The translations under genes were made by a program, and so were the position numbers. The notes below the pieces were generated by a model. That model was not told the DNA's origin. It saw nothing but the letters and a program-made list of their open reading frames with translations, and made no database searches. A stretch of 40,965 nucleotides of DNA from a virus (Duplodnaviria > Heunggongvirae > Uroviricota > Caudoviricetes). Within the stretch, counting starts at the first letter, position 1. The number at the start of each line of letters is the position of its first letter. The DNA lies in the IMG/VR virus record IMGVR_UViG_2541047735_000003, positions 1 through 40,965 of that record. One strand, given 5' to 3'. Of this stretch, positions 1-8,767 are shown piece by piece.

Positions 1-1251
1 GTGCTTACCGATACAAAATTAAAAAACCTCAAGCCGCAGGACAAACTGTACAAGGTCTCCGATCGTGACGGGCTGTATGTAGCTGTGCTTACGTCAGGCA
101 CGGTCTCGTTTCGCTATGACTACCGTATCAACGGTCGCCGCGAAACACTGGTAATCGGGCAGTATGGGCGTGACGGTATCAGCCTGGCAGAAGCGCGAGA
201 AGAACTGATTGCTGCAAAGAAGCTGCTTAAAGCAGGCCAGTCACCGGCTGCGGCTAAACGTGACGGTATCAAAAAGATTCGTGGTGCCGAGACGTTTGCG
301 GTACATACCGACAGTTATATGAAACACGTCATCCTGGCTGACAGTACCCGCGCAATGAAACAGGCGGTGATCGACCGTGACATACTTCCGGTTCTTGGCA
401 ATAAAATGATGGCTGAAATTACCACATCGATGGTTCGTGATTTGTGTGACCGGATTGTCGAACGCGGTGGCCGGGCAACAGCAGTGCAGGCCAGGGAGAT
501 CATCAGTAGCGTATACCGTCACGCCAATGACCGTGGTCATGGTTTGTTTAATCCTGCGGCTGACATTAAACCTTCGTCTATCGCCATATTTAAACCACGA
601 GAGCGAACACTGACACCAGAAGAAATTGGCCTGTTCTTCCGCACGCTGGATGCCATTGGTGCTATGGGCACTATGAAAATGGCTTTAAAACTGGTGCTTA
701 TCACTATGGTTCGTAAGGGCGAATTCACCAATGCAACGTGGGATGAAATAGATTTTAAAAAATGGACATGGACAATTCCTCCAGACCGCATGAAGGGAAG
801 CCGGGCGCACGTTATTTACCTGCCTAAACAGGCACAGGATATATTGGTCGGGTTGCAGATGTGCGCTGGTGGAAGTGAATATCTGGTTCCTGGTCGTTAC
901 AATTTCCGGAAGCCATTATCTAATGCCGCGCTGAACTCTCTGATCGACAGAACGGTGAAAATAATAAATGAAGATGGTGAGCATATTCAGGACTTCACTG
1001 TACATGATATGCGCCGTACAGCCAGTACGTTGTTGCATGAGGCTGGTTATCCTTCAGACTGGATTGAAAAGGCTCTGGCACATGAGCAGAAAGGTGTGCG
1101 CGCCGTATATAACAAAGCGGAATACGCCAGACAGCGCGCCTACATGTTGCAGCAGTGGGCCGATATGATTGATTCATGGATTGACGGGGAGCATACGGAT
1201 CTGATTCCGTTCTCCCCGTCGAAGTTTGAGAAGTGGATGGCGGGGGAATAA
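1..1251 (+). CDS. int: Phage integrase, tyrosine recombinase (P4-type)
   Basis: 416-aa ORF; N-terminus MLTDTKLKNLKP and C-terminal HDMRRT...LAH...VYNKAEY catalytic-type motifs typical of P4-family integrases; begins with GTG at window base 1, so the true 5' end may lie upstream. Confidence 0.85.
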   Translation: MLTDTKLKNLKPQDKLYKVSDRDGLYVAVLTSGTVSFRYDYRINGRRETLVIGQYGRDGISLAEAREELIAAKKLLKAGQSPAAAKRDGIKKIRGAETFAVHTDSYMKHVILADSTRAMKQAVIDRDILPVLGNKMMAEITTSMVRDLCDRIVERGGRATAVQAREIISSVYRHANDRGHGLFNPAADIKPSSIAIFKPRERTLTPEEIGLFFRTLDAIGAMGTMKMALKLVLITMVRKGEFTNATWDEIDFKKWTWTIPPDRMKGSRAHVIYLPKQAQDILVGLQMCAGGSEYLVPGRYNFRKPLSNAALNSLIDRTVKIINEDGEHIQDFTVHDMRRTASTLLHEAGYPSDWIEKALAHEQKGVRAVYNKAEYARQRAYMLQQWADMIDSWIDGEHTDLIPFSPSKFEKWMAGE

Positions 1252-1254
1252 CGT

Positions 1255-1449
1255 TTAATAGTTCTGCTGATTTTCTTCCATCTCTGCTTCTGCTGCCAGT
1301 GATTCAATTTTGTTTTCGAATATTGCTGACAGTGTTGCAAATTCAGCATCAGTGACAGCGGGAATTGGAACAAACCTGATCCCGCTGTGTGCAAGCATGT
1401 TTGCAGTTTCAAGGCATTTTCTTAAATCTGCTGGTGATGCCCTGTTCAT
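1255..1449 (-). CDS. Hypothetical small protein (64 aa)
   Basis: ATG overlaps the stop of the upstream methyltransferase in an ATGA stop-start overlap; convergent with int; no recognisable motif. Confidence 0.4.
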   Translation of the reverse strand: MNRASPADLRKCLETANMLAHSGIRFVPIPAVTDAEFATLSAIFENKIESLAAEAEMEENQQNY

Positions 1450-2108
1450 GCAGCACGCTCCCGCCCCTGGTTGTCTGTTGGTGACAGCGGAGCATTGCTG
1501 AATGCATTTGTTAATCCGCCAATATCCAACGCGTATCCAGGGTGTAGTTGCACTGCCGGGTCTTCGCACTGATTACCCCAAACATCGAAGCCATGAGACG
1601 TCTGGCGGGCGAACAGTTCAATGCGAGAAACATCGCCTAATAATTGCACAAGTTTTTCACGAACGACATCTGGTTTTCTTGAATGCTCAAGCCGCGGTGC
1701 GGTAAATGACTGAACGATCCCTGCATTAATGCGCGGAGGTAGTTTTCCCTTTACTGCAAACAGGCAATCTTCACTATTGGCGCGAGTCATGTGACCCATA
1801 CCCATAACCAGTTTATCTTGTTGTCGACTACCACATTTTATCCACGTGAAGCCCTTCATGGTCATCAGACGGAATCCCCAGGCTTCAACAACTTTTAGTG
1901 CTTCGAGTGGTTGTGTTGGCACCCACCACATGGCCAACAGACAGTTTTCATCGGCCAAATCCCACACAGGAAGGCGGCAGATATCAAGCACACTCATAAC
2001 CGGATATTTAAAACCGGCACCGCGATTACCATCTGCGGCTTTGTCCCGGTATACCCAGGGTGGATCTGCATAGATTAGTGTGTATTTCTTAGTCATAAAC
2101 CACCCCAC
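1446..2108 (-). CDS. MT-A70-family DNA N6-adenine methyltransferase
   Basis: 220-aa ORF with the DPPW catalytic motif (LIYADPPWVY) near the N-terminus; AGGA 7 nt upstream of ATG at 2108; alternative ATG at 2096. Confidence 0.75.
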   Translation of the reverse strand: MGWFMTKKYTLIYADPPWVYRDKAADGNRGAGFKYPVMSVLDICRLPVWDLADENCLLAMWWVPTQPLEALKVVEAWGFRLMTMKGFTWIKCGSRQQDKLVMGMGHMTRANSEDCLFAVKGKLPPRINAGIVQSFTAPRLEHSRKPDVVREKLVQLLGDVSRIELFARQTSHGFDVWGNQCEDPAVQLHPGYALDIGGLTNAFSNAPLSPTDNQGRERAA

Positions 2109-2388
2109 AACATCCTATGCCGCTATAGTCGCCACGGCGAAGGCCGTTACCTTTTGTGATACATTGGTCCCTGCGAACCGCAATCCTTGCTCGCTCAACA
2201 TCACCAGAAGCAACATCCATACACTGAAGCCAAAGGTGAGCGGCAATGCGGAACTGCCCTTTTTTTTCTCTTTCAATCGCGCGTTTTTCGATCTCTATCG
2301 CCGCAGGAGTAACGGCGACAATCTTTGACGGACTACGCATTGAAACCTTATTCATGTGATATTTTTCAAGTCGGCTTAACTTTCTCAC
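2089..2388 (-). CDS. Hypothetical protein
   Basis: 99-aa ORF in the leftward early operon, overlaps the methyltransferase start by about 20 nt; no motif recognised; could be shorter. Confidence 0.3.
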   Translation of the reverse strand: MRKLSRLEKYHMNKVSMRSPSKIVAVTPAAIEIEKRAIEREKKGQFRIAAHLWLQCMDVASGDVERARIAVRRDQCITKGNGLRRGDYSGIGCCGVVYD

Positions 2389-2497
2389 TTAATCCAACCC
2401 TCTCTGAAAATTAATGCCAGCAGATAAAGCCATGCTGAAACAGAGTCCAGGAATAAGTACCATCCTGACCATTTGCTCCAGTGCCTTAGCAGCGCAC

Positions 2498-2746
2498 TCA
2501 TGCAGCGTTGCTCACGGGACGATATACACGTTGCTGAACAGGAGGTTTTTTACCCTGGAACTCTGCCGGGCTTGCTGCCTGACGTTCATCAAGCCAACGC
2601 TCAACTTCGTCACGGTTCCATGCGCAGCGTTTGTCAGTGATATACCAGCGTTTAGGAAATTCACCTGCGCGCTCCATACGGTCGATAGTGCTCCATGACA
2701 GTGGCACCACCGCCAGGAGTTCCTTCTTACCTAATGCACCTTTCAT
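2498..2746 (-). CDS. AlpA/excisionase-like HTH DNA-binding protein
   Basis: 82-aa protein; LSWSTIDRMERAGEFPKRWYITDKRCAWNRDEVERWL resembles the AlpA/Xis family HTH. Confidence 0.6.
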   Translation of the reverse strand: MKGALGKKELLAVVPLSWSTIDRMERAGEFPKRWYITDKRCAWNRDEVERWLDERQAASPAEFQGKKPPVQQRVYRPVSNAA

Positions 2747-2795
2747 AAATACCTCTCTTGGTTGCAGTGCGGCGCGCGTTGCGCCGCGGTGGTGG

Positions 2796-3818
2796 TTACT
2801 CGAATTCTGGACGCATATCGTTAAGCGTCATCATGAATTTTTGGTGATATTCATCACCGAGCTTTTCAGCCATGGTGTTAATTTCATTTTCAGCGCGCTT
2901 GAACATCGTTTTTGCATCTTCAGCAGATGGATCCAGGCTATTAAGTATCGCGATGATATATTCTCGAGCTTCTTCTCGTTCTGAATCTGAAATTGGCGAC
3001 AGGTGTTGACGCTCATCGTCAACTACGGAATATTCACCAGTGATAACAGCTGCGTTATCTTGGCTAAGTCCAGCTTCAGCGCGCTCATCCATAACAACAG
3101 CCTTCTGCATTTCAATAGAAACAGGAAGATATTTGAACAGTCGGCGAATTACTGTTTTTTTAGCCATCTCATCGAAGTGATCAACCCATGGGCCACTGCT
3201 ACCGGCTTTGCTCAGTGCACGAACTTTCTCAACGTCTGCCCGGCTCATAACTTCAAATTGGACTCCGCCATCTTTCAGTCGTGCAACGGCGTAAACGTGC
3301 GTTAATTCTCCGCGGTCACCTGTTTCGCAAGGTAAATGCTCGAGCGTTTCTTCCAGGCCGTATGAGTAGCTGAATTTGTCGTTTGTATGTACGGTACGAG
3401 CCGAGATACTCAGGATCTGCCCAGAGCGGCGGGCAAGGTCAATCATTCCGCGATAGCCGATAATAAGCTGTGCTTCTGTAGATACGGTTTCCCATCTTCC
3501 ATTTACTTTCTGGCGTTTGTCGAACGGTATCAGGTAAGCGTGTCCAAGAGCTCCGCCTGGTTCAAGACCCAATTGGGCACATTGCATAATTGCCCCCAGG
3601 AAGCTGGCTTGGTCGCATGATGCAAGTTTTGGAACCTTTCTGATCTCTGTGGTTGCTATGCGCGCCAGACGGTCTGCTGTCATGTGCTTTGGAAGTGCCA
3701 AAGCCATCTGAGCTTTAATTTTTGGGTCTGCCAGAAGTCCGGCCAGAGTTGTTGGTTTCTCATTATGATGTGCAACTTGGTTACCGGTAGCCGCTGCCTT
3801 AAGTGCATTGATAGACAT
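2796..3818 (-). CDS. recT: RecT-family single-strand annealing recombinase
   Basis: 340-aa protein with GALGHAYLIPF and surrounding RecT-like core; sits directly downstream of an exonuclease gene, as in Rac-type RecET modules. Confidence 0.8.
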   Translation of the reverse strand: MSINALKAAATGNQVAHHNEKPTTLAGLLADPKIKAQMALALPKHMTADRLARIATTEIRKVPKLASCDQASFLGAIMQCAQLGLEPGGALGHAYLIPFDKRQKVNGRWETVSTEAQLIIGYRGMIDLARRSGQILSISARTVHTNDKFSYSYGLEETLEHLPCETGDRGELTHVYAVARLKDGGVQFEVMSRADVEKVRALSKAGSSGPWVDHFDEMAKKTVIRRLFKYLPVSIEMQKAVVMDERAEAGLSQDNAAVITGEYSVVDDERQHLSPISDSEREEAREYIIAILNSLDPSAEDAKTMFKRAENEINTMAEKLGDEYHQKFMMTLNDMRPEFE

Positions 3819-3827
3819 TTTTTCTCC

Positions 3828-4727
3828 TTACTTCATTCTGAAGACGCGTTGTGTCGTTGTTGTTTTGAATTTTTCGAATAACTCAGGGTGTACTGACTGG
3901 AATAGCTTCTGGTCGAATCTGTTGCTGATCTGAGATTTCCATGTGCAGAGCGGCTTTCCGTCCAGGGTCAGGACTGAGTGCTCTTGCATGTACATCTTCA
4001 GCTTCTCTTCTGATATAGCTATTTCTTCTTCCAGTGATTTTCTGCGTGACTTCATGTCTCGTAGATCGTTGAATAGTGCGAGTGCCTTTCCGTCAGCCTC
4101 GATACTTGTCCCGGCATCTTTCTCAAACATCAGCGATACATCGCTTACGCTGGTAGCTTCCGGCGGGTTAAGATTTTTCACTCGGTCCCAGAAAGCGATT
4201 TCTTTTTCTAAGATCGCCTGGATAGTTTCTTCATCACGCTCAACCCGATAGATTCGGAAGTCGTCGCCACCGATAAGCACACCGAAAACGCATACCTGTT
4301 TGTTTGTAACCATCAACCCGTGCATGGCCTGGGCCGTGTAATGCACAGGAATTGCATCTGTCTGGATTTCTCCCCATTCTTTGGCTTTGAACGGACTAAC
4401 TGTTTTGATCTCAATGTTCTCGCCTGACGCTGCTTCTGCATCGATCTCAGCTGCAATAAAATCGTAATCACGGTGGATATAGCGGTTTCCGCGATGAACG
4501 ATTTCCATCCCTGTTTCCTCAGAAAGCAGGTCTATTACGTATGGCTCCATACGCTGGCCACGCGTGAAAACTTTCTGCTTGCTTGGGTCTACTGGTTTGA
4601 CACGTGGCTGGACCTTATCCAGATAAACCTCAAGCGGGGTGCGCCATGGGCTAATTCCAAGAATCCCTGCAACATCGCTTCCTCCGATGTATTTTGTTCT
4701 ATCCATGATTCCAGCGTTCCGCATCAT
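3828..4727 (-). CDS. YqaJ-like phage recombination exonuclease
   Basis: 299-aa protein; N-terminal RTKYIGGSDVAGILGISPWRTP is typical of the YqaJ viral recombinase exonuclease domain; true start may be the internal Met (MDRTKY, about 4706). Confidence 0.75.
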   Translation of the reverse strand: MMRNAGIMDRTKYIGGSDVAGILGISPWRTPLEVYLDKVQPRVKPVDPSKQKVFTRGQRMEPYVIDLLSEETGMEIVHRGNRYIHRDYDFIAAEIDAEAASGENIEIKTVSPFKAKEWGEIQTDAIPVHYTAQAMHGLMVTNKQVCVFGVLIGGDDFRIYRVERDEETIQAILEKEIAFWDRVKNLNPPEATSVSDVSLMFEKDAGTSIEADGKALALFNDLRDMKSRRKSLEEEIAISEEKLKMYMQEHSVLTLDGKPLCTWKSQISNRFDQKLFQSVHPELFEKFKTTTTQRVFRMK

Positions 4728-5023
4728 GCCGCGTCCCTCTGCCCATCAAGCTGATCCGCCAGATCCCAGCGCGCTATAATTGCCATTGCCTCGCGCCGGT
4801 AGGAATCCATCAGTTCTTCGAACTCTGGACTGTCTTTAGCGGCCTCCAGTACTTCCTGGCGAACGCCTTTACCTGTTACAGCGTCGAAAGTTGAGGCTAG
4901 TTGATGAAGCCGGATGCTCTCGATCAGTTCAACTTGTCGGTCATATAGCTGTTCTGACAGGCGGTAGTCCTTGTCGAATGCCAGCATGATTTTTTGAAGA
5001 TTTTTCTGCTGATTAACGTTCAT
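4724..5023 (-). CDS. Hypothetical protein
   Basis: ORF-track frame 4724..5038; start placed at ATG 5023 (MNVNQQ), which is preceded by GGAGG; no motif. Confidence 0.45.
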   Translation of the reverse strand: MNVNQQKNLQKIMLAFDKDYRLSEQLYDRQVELIESIRLHQLASTFDAVTGKGVRQEVLEAAKDSPEFEELMDSYRREAMAIIARWDLADQLDGQRDAA

Positions 5024-5025
5024 TA

Positions 5026-5178
5026 TCAGACCTCCCATATCTCGTTATCGTTGGCCACATCGCGAGCTTCTTTGCTGACGAAAGCCCACTTAATGCCTTC
5101 CTGTAAGGTGCGGAACTTCCAGCTCATGAATCCGCATGCAGTAACGCAGTACCAACCGTTGATGATTTTCCACTGCAT
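5026..5178 (-). CDS. Hypothetical small protein (50 aa), first gene of leftward operon
   Basis: ATG at 5178 downstream of a TTGACA -35-like element (5235-5240, minus strand) flanked by two operator palindromes; below the ORF-track size cut-off. Confidence 0.35.
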   Translation of the reverse strand: MQWKIINGWYCVTACGFMSWKFRTLQEGIKWAFVSKEARDVANDNEIWEV

Positions 5179-5197
5179 AACTTGTTACCTCGGTCTG

Positions 5198-5212
5198 TTA
5201 CCGTTGAGGTAA
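5198..5212. promoter_or_regulatory. Operator palindrome TTACCGTTGAGGTAA (leftward promoter region)
   Basis: TTACC-N5-GGTAA between the leftward -35-like element and the start of the first leftward gene. Confidence 0.6.
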
Positions 5213-5259
5213 TAATTATGCGTATTTGGTTTGATGTCAATAGATATGAGTTAAAAAAA

Positions 5260-5274
5260 TTACCCATTAGGTAA
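5260..5274. promoter_or_regulatory. Operator palindrome TTACCCATTAGGTAA
   Basis: Perfect TTACC-N5-GGTAA about 20 bp upstream of the TTGACA -35-like element of the leftward promoter. Confidence 0.6.
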
Positions 5275-5287
5275 TAGTATAGGCAAT

Positions 5288-5310
5288 AAAAAAGCCGCCA
5301 GAAGGCGGCT
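5288..5310 (-). terminator. Intrinsic terminator downstream of repressor gene
   Basis: Minus strand: AGCCGCC-TTCT-GGCGGCT stem-loop followed by a T-run. Confidence 0.6.
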
Positions 5311-5331
5311 TACTTACTGAAAAATATGATT

Positions 5332-5916
5332 TTATTGTTTGTTTTTTTCGTTCTGGTTGATGACAAATTCAATGTAACTTTCGATCTTTGCTTTCTCGGT
5401 TTCGGGTAACAATGCGTAGCGCGAGCGGTCATAGTTGATGGTCGCAGGGTCGTGCGGGTGAATCAGTAATTCATAGCCGTGACGCCCGAATGCGGATGCA
5501 ACATTCTCCAGGGTGGAAATGGAAACGCTGACCTCATTGTTTAACAGGCGGCTGATTGTCACCTGGGCGACGCCGGATGCGCGGTGAAGTTTTCCCTGTG
5601 TTGAAAGGTCGCGGCTTTCGCTCATCCAGCGTTCCAGGTTGTGAGCCGCCAGCTGGCCAATGTCGCTTGGGCCGACAGGCTGAAAACCTTCCTGAGAAAG
5701 CGAGCGATCGATATCAAGCCAGTTACGGGGTTTATTGGCGGCAGCTTCAATTTTTCGCGCAACCTGGTCGCCGATAACCTTCTTGCCAAGAGCCCAGCGG
5801 TTTACCAGATTTGCCTGAGTTCCAAGTTTTTCTGCCATCCGCGTCTGAACACCATTGAATTCACGGTCGATCAAGTCGTTGAGATTTTGCCTGCGGACGT
5901 CCTGGATACTTTTCAT
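5332..5916 (-). CDS. CI-like prophage repressor with two HTH domains and no S24 peptidase domain
   Basis: 194-aa protein; N-terminal Cro/CI-type HTH (TRMAEKLGTQANLVNRWALGKK) and a second HTH-like segment (ASGVAQVTISRLLNNE); divergent from the cro-like gene across an operator-rich intergenic region; no Ala-Gly/Ser-Lys autocleavage module seen. Confidence 0.65.
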   Translation of the reverse strand: MKSIQDVRRQNLNDLIDREFNGVQTRMAEKLGTQANLVNRWALGKKVIGDQVARKIEAAANKPRNWLDIDRSLSQEGFQPVGPSDIGQLAAHNLERWMSESRDLSTQGKLHRASGVAQVTISRLLNNEVSVSISTLENVASAFGRHGYELLIHPHDPATINYDRSRYALLPETEKAKIESYIEFVINQNEKNKQ

Positions 5917-5971
5917 TTTCTGGAAAATCGCCTCGTATATGAATCAGTAGATGATTCAATTTAAAGCAATA

Positions 5972-6034
5972 TTACCCAACAGGTAAATGCACCCCATAGG
6001 TAACTATCCTTGATTTTTGTTACCTTATGGGTGA
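5972..6034. promoter_or_regulatory. Tripartite operator between repressor and cro-like genes
   Basis: Three sites in 63 bp: TTACCCAACAGGTAA (5972-5986), GCACCCCATAGGTAA (5989-6003), TTACCTTATGGGTGA (6020-6034). Confidence 0.65.
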
Positions 6035-6070
6035 ATATTTATTATCTGAAATAAATATCAGGCAATAGCT

Positions 6071-6301
6071 ATGAGCGATAACGGACATTTCGATTTCAAA
6101 AAGCACTGGCTTGCACTTACTCCGGATGAGCGTGAAGCCTTCGCACAGGAAGCCGGAACGACGAGTCACTATATCCAGACTCACTTAACAGGTAAGCGCA
6201 AAATGCCAGGTAAAGTATTGATGAATGGGCTTTTTAAAGCCTGTAAAACAAGACAATGGCTGCGCTCAAAAGCAGAACTGGCATACTTCTTCTACTCATG
6301 A
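6071..6301 (+). CDS. Cro-like small regulator
   Basis: 76-aa protein immediately rightward of the operators, divergent from the repressor, followed by an intrinsic terminator. Confidence 0.55.
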   Translation: MSDNGHFDFKKHWLALTPDEREAFAQEAGTTSHYIQTHLTGKRKMPGKVLMNGLFKACKTRQWLRSKAELAYFFYS

Positions 6302-6323
6302 TATCCAGCCACAACCCTCTGTA

Positions 6324-6345
6324 GACCGCCACCCGGCGGTCTTTT
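6324..6345 (+). terminator. Intrinsic terminator after cro-like gene (tR1-like)
   Basis: GACCGCC-ACCC-GGCGGTC followed by TTTT. Confidence 0.65.
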
Positions 6346-6356
6346 CATATCTATTC

Positions 6357-6371
6357 GCACCTCAAAGGTAA
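6357..6371. promoter_or_regulatory. Operator-like site GCACCTCAAAGGTAA
   Basis: Imperfect copy of the palindrome immediately after the cro terminator. Confidence 0.4.
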
Positions 6372-6451
6372 TAAAAAACCAAATCTGGTTGATCTTTTTT
6401 TTGTGTCAGCACAAAATGACCGTAATCCCAATACTAATAACAGGGCTTACC

Positions 6452-6652
6452 ATGGAAATCATTACACGTATTGATGCCGCAAAGCGCGGACTTAAACGCT
6501 ACTACACCGGAAAACCATGTAAGCACGGACATGACAGTGAACGTTGGGTTTACAACGGACACTGTGTTGAGTGCACCATGGAATCAAACCGTCGTATCAG
6601 GGCAGAGATTAAGCAGATCATGATTAATTCCTCCCCACAACATTCAAGCTGA
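6452..6652 (+). CDS. Hypothetical Cys/His-rich protein (cII position)
   Basis: 67 aa starting at MEIITRI (internal Met of ORF 6389..6652); CxH-HGH...CVEC pattern suggests metal binding; located between the cro terminator and the replication genes. Confidence 0.4.
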   Translation: MEIITRIDAAKRGLKRYYTGKPCKHGHDSERWVYNGHCVECTMESNRRIRAEIKQIMINSSPQHSS

Positions 6653-6667
6653 TAGCGGAGATTAATC

Positions 6668-7459
6668 ATGAGCAGACATGCAACAGATTGGGCCTGGGAG
6701 ACAGATCCAGGTAGCTCGTCATTAAAGCTCATACTGCTCTCGATGGCTGACAGAGCCGATGAATATAACCTATGCTACCCCAGCATAGAACGCCTCGTTA
6801 AAGACACTTGCCTGAATAAAAAAACCGTGCAGGCCGGGCTTATATCGCTCATGAAAATGGGGCTTATTTCAGATACCGGAGAGAGAAAGGGAGCGACAAA
6901 AAGAGTGCGGGTTTTCTCTCTTAATATAACCAAAAACGGGAACATTAAAGGCAACCGGGAGGGGGGCAATGAACCCGAAAACGGTAATGTTACCGAAAGC
7001 GGGAATATACCCAAAAACGGGATGTTGAATGATCCCAAAAACGGGATCCAGAACCAGTCATATAACCAGTCATTTAACCAAGAGAGGGAGAGCAGGACAA
7101 AAACCGGGAATTCTGTGCCTCATGACCCCGGCGCAAACAACGCCGTGATGAATAACTTTGTTCCTCCTGGTGGGCCAGGGCAATTAGGCAAATTTGTCAT
7201 GCATGAACAATGGCAACCATCAGATGACTTTCTTCGGAAAAGCTCATTGCAGGGAATCTACCTGGACAGTCTGCCAACGGCACAGGAACTTGCAGAGTTC
7301 AGAATTTACTGGATGGCTGAGGGTAAGGCATACCATCAGGCACAGTGGGAGCAGAAGCTGGCAAGGCGGCTGCAGATTAGCAGACAGAAGCAACCAACAT
7401 TACCTGATAACAACGTTCCGCACTGGAACAGCCCTGAAGCGTGGGAGGATTTCTTGTGA
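6668..7459 (+). CDS. Replication initiator (lambda O-like)
   Basis: 263-aa protein; N-terminal DWAW...LKLILLSMADRADE...CYPSIERL HTH typical of phage replication initiators; contains four iteron-like direct repeats inside the coding sequence. Confidence 0.65.
   Translation: MSRHATDWAWETDPGSSSLKLILLSMADRADEYNLCYPSIERLVKDTCLNKKTVQAGLISLMKMGLISDTGERKGATKRVRVFSLNITKNGNIKGNREGGNEPENGNVTESGNIPKNGMLNDPKNGIQNQSYNQSFNQERESRTKTGNSVPHDPGANNAVMNNFVPPGGPGQLGKFVMHEQWQPSDDFLRKSSLQGIYLDSLPTAQELAEFRIYWMAEGKAYHQAQWEQKLARRLQISRQKQPTLPDNNVPHWNSPEAWEDFL
6929..7048 (+). repeat. Iteron-like direct repeats inside the O-like gene (candidate origin)
   Basis: Four copies of CC(C/A)(A/G)AAAACGG(G/T)A at 6930, 6975, 7011 and 7035, followed by a tandem AACCAGTCAT(A/T)TAACC pair. 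Confidence 0.5.
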
Positions 7460-8241
7460 ACAACGTTTTTACCGCGATACAAAACCGTGACGGAGAAGCC
7501 CTTTCTCGCATGTCAGGTTATCAGCATCAATACGTCAACAATGACAATGTGGTGAACATGTCAGCAGAGAGGCTTGTTGATGCCCTTTTCAAACAGCTGA
7601 AACAACTGTTTCCGGCGGCAGTGGTAACCAACCTGAAGACGCCAGAGCAGGAAGTCGCTGCAAAACAGCAGTGGATTGCTGCGTTTGCCGAAGGTGGGAT
7701 CCGAACCCGTGAACAGGTTTCTGCTGGTATGCGCCACGCCCGCGCCAGTGAATCTCCGTTCTGGCCGTCGCCAGGGCAATTCATCAAGTGGTGCAAAGAC
7801 AGCAAGATGGTTCTTGGCGTCACCATTGACGATGTGATGGCGGAGTTTCACCGGTACAGCAAGGAAAAAAGTTTATATCCTGGTGGTCCCGAAAGATTCC
7901 CGTGGCGGCATCCGGTTATGTACTGGGTCGTATGTGATACCCGCCGTGCAATGTATCAGCGCCAGCTTAGCGAGATTGAGGTTGAGAAACACGCGCGCAG
8001 GCTGCTCGATGATTGGGCGAAAAAGGTGGCTTCCGGACAGCAGATACCCGATCCGGTGATCAGCATACAGGCAAAGCCAGAGCCCATGAGTACACCTCCG
8101 GACACAGGGAGAGACGTTTACCATCCACCAGGGCGAAGTTTCGGGTGCATGCCTAACGCCGCCACCCTTGGGGGAATAACACCGGCGCAGTGGCTGATGG
8201 AGGAATACAGGCGGGGAAAGGCGGCAGGATTTATCAAGTAA
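7456..8241 (+). CDS. Replication protein (lambda P-like helicase loader candidate)
   Basis: Follows the O-like gene with a short overlap; GTG at 7456 preceded by GGGAGGA; assignment rests mainly on position. Confidence 0.45.
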   Translation: MNNVFTAIQNRDGEALSRMSGYQHQYVNNDNVVNMSAERLVDALFKQLKQLFPAAVVTNLKTPEQEVAAKQQWIAAFAEGGIRTREQVSAGMRHARASESPFWPSPGQFIKWCKDSKMVLGVTIDDVMAEFHRYSKEKSLYPGGPERFPWRHPVMYWVVCDTRRAMYQRQLSEIEVEKHARRLLDDWAKKVASGQQIPDPVISIQAKPEPMSTPPDTGRDVYHPPGRSFGCMPNAATLGGITPAQWLMEEYRRGKAAGFIK

Positions 8242-8278
8242 TACCAGCGCGATAGCGCATTTTTTTACGCCTCAACAA

Positions 8279-8293
8279 TTACCTATAAGGTAA
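8279..8293. promoter_or_regulatory. Operator palindrome TTACCTATAAGGTAA
   Basis: Perfect site in the intergenic region after the P-like gene. Confidence 0.55.
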
Positions 8294-8340
8294 CAAAACA
8301 TTCTAAACTCTATTGATTTCGTGTCTTATGTGGTTTTTAA

Positions 8341-8355
8341 TTACCTTAGAGGTAA
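8341..8355. promoter_or_regulatory. Operator palindrome TTACCTTAGAGGTAA overlapping RBS
   Basis: Perfect site ending 3 nt before ATG 8359; its right half doubles as the Shine-Dalgarno region. Confidence 0.55.
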
Positions 8356-8358
8356 ATC

Positions 8359-8706
8359 ATGAGAAAACAGATACAGGCTCTTGGTCGACTCAAAACAGGC
8401 CAGATGAACAAAACAGAATCTGCGTATTGCCAGCACCTTGAGCAGCGTAAACGTGCAGGGGAAATCGCCTGGTATCGATTCGAGGGTATCAAGCTGCGGT
8501 TAGCTGACAACACGTTCTATACGCCCGATTTCGCTGTGATGCTCGCCACCGGAGAGATGGAACTGCACGAAGTGAAAGGGGGATTCTGGACCGACGACGC
8601 CAGGGTGAAAACCAAAGTAGCCGCAGATCAGTATCCGTTCCGAATCATCGGGGTAACGGTTAAACCAAAGAAAGCAGGTGGCGGCTGGAACATCGAAGAG
8701 TTCTGA
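8359..8706 (+). CDS. PD-(D/E)xK-type nuclease, possible Holliday-junction resolvase
   Basis: 115-aa protein with YTPDFAV...GEMELHEVKGG fitting a PD...ExK nuclease motif; nin-region position; an operator palindrome overlaps its RBS. Confidence 0.45.
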   Translation: MRKQIQALGRLKTGQMNKTESAYCQHLEQRKRAGEIAWYRFEGIKLRLADNTFYTPDFAVMLATGEMELHEVKGGFWTDDARVKTKVAADQYPFRIIGVTVKPKKAGGGWNIEEF

Positions 8707-8767
8707 ATCGACGATCTTTTTAGTTATCAATGTAATCAATAAGTTATGTGGATAAGCGAGGGTAAAG

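Noticed and set aside
241-1177. Minus-strand ORFs inside the integrase gene (241..540, 315..503, 537..791, 995..1177)
   Set aside because: Antisense to a confidently identified integrase and with no motifs; spurious.
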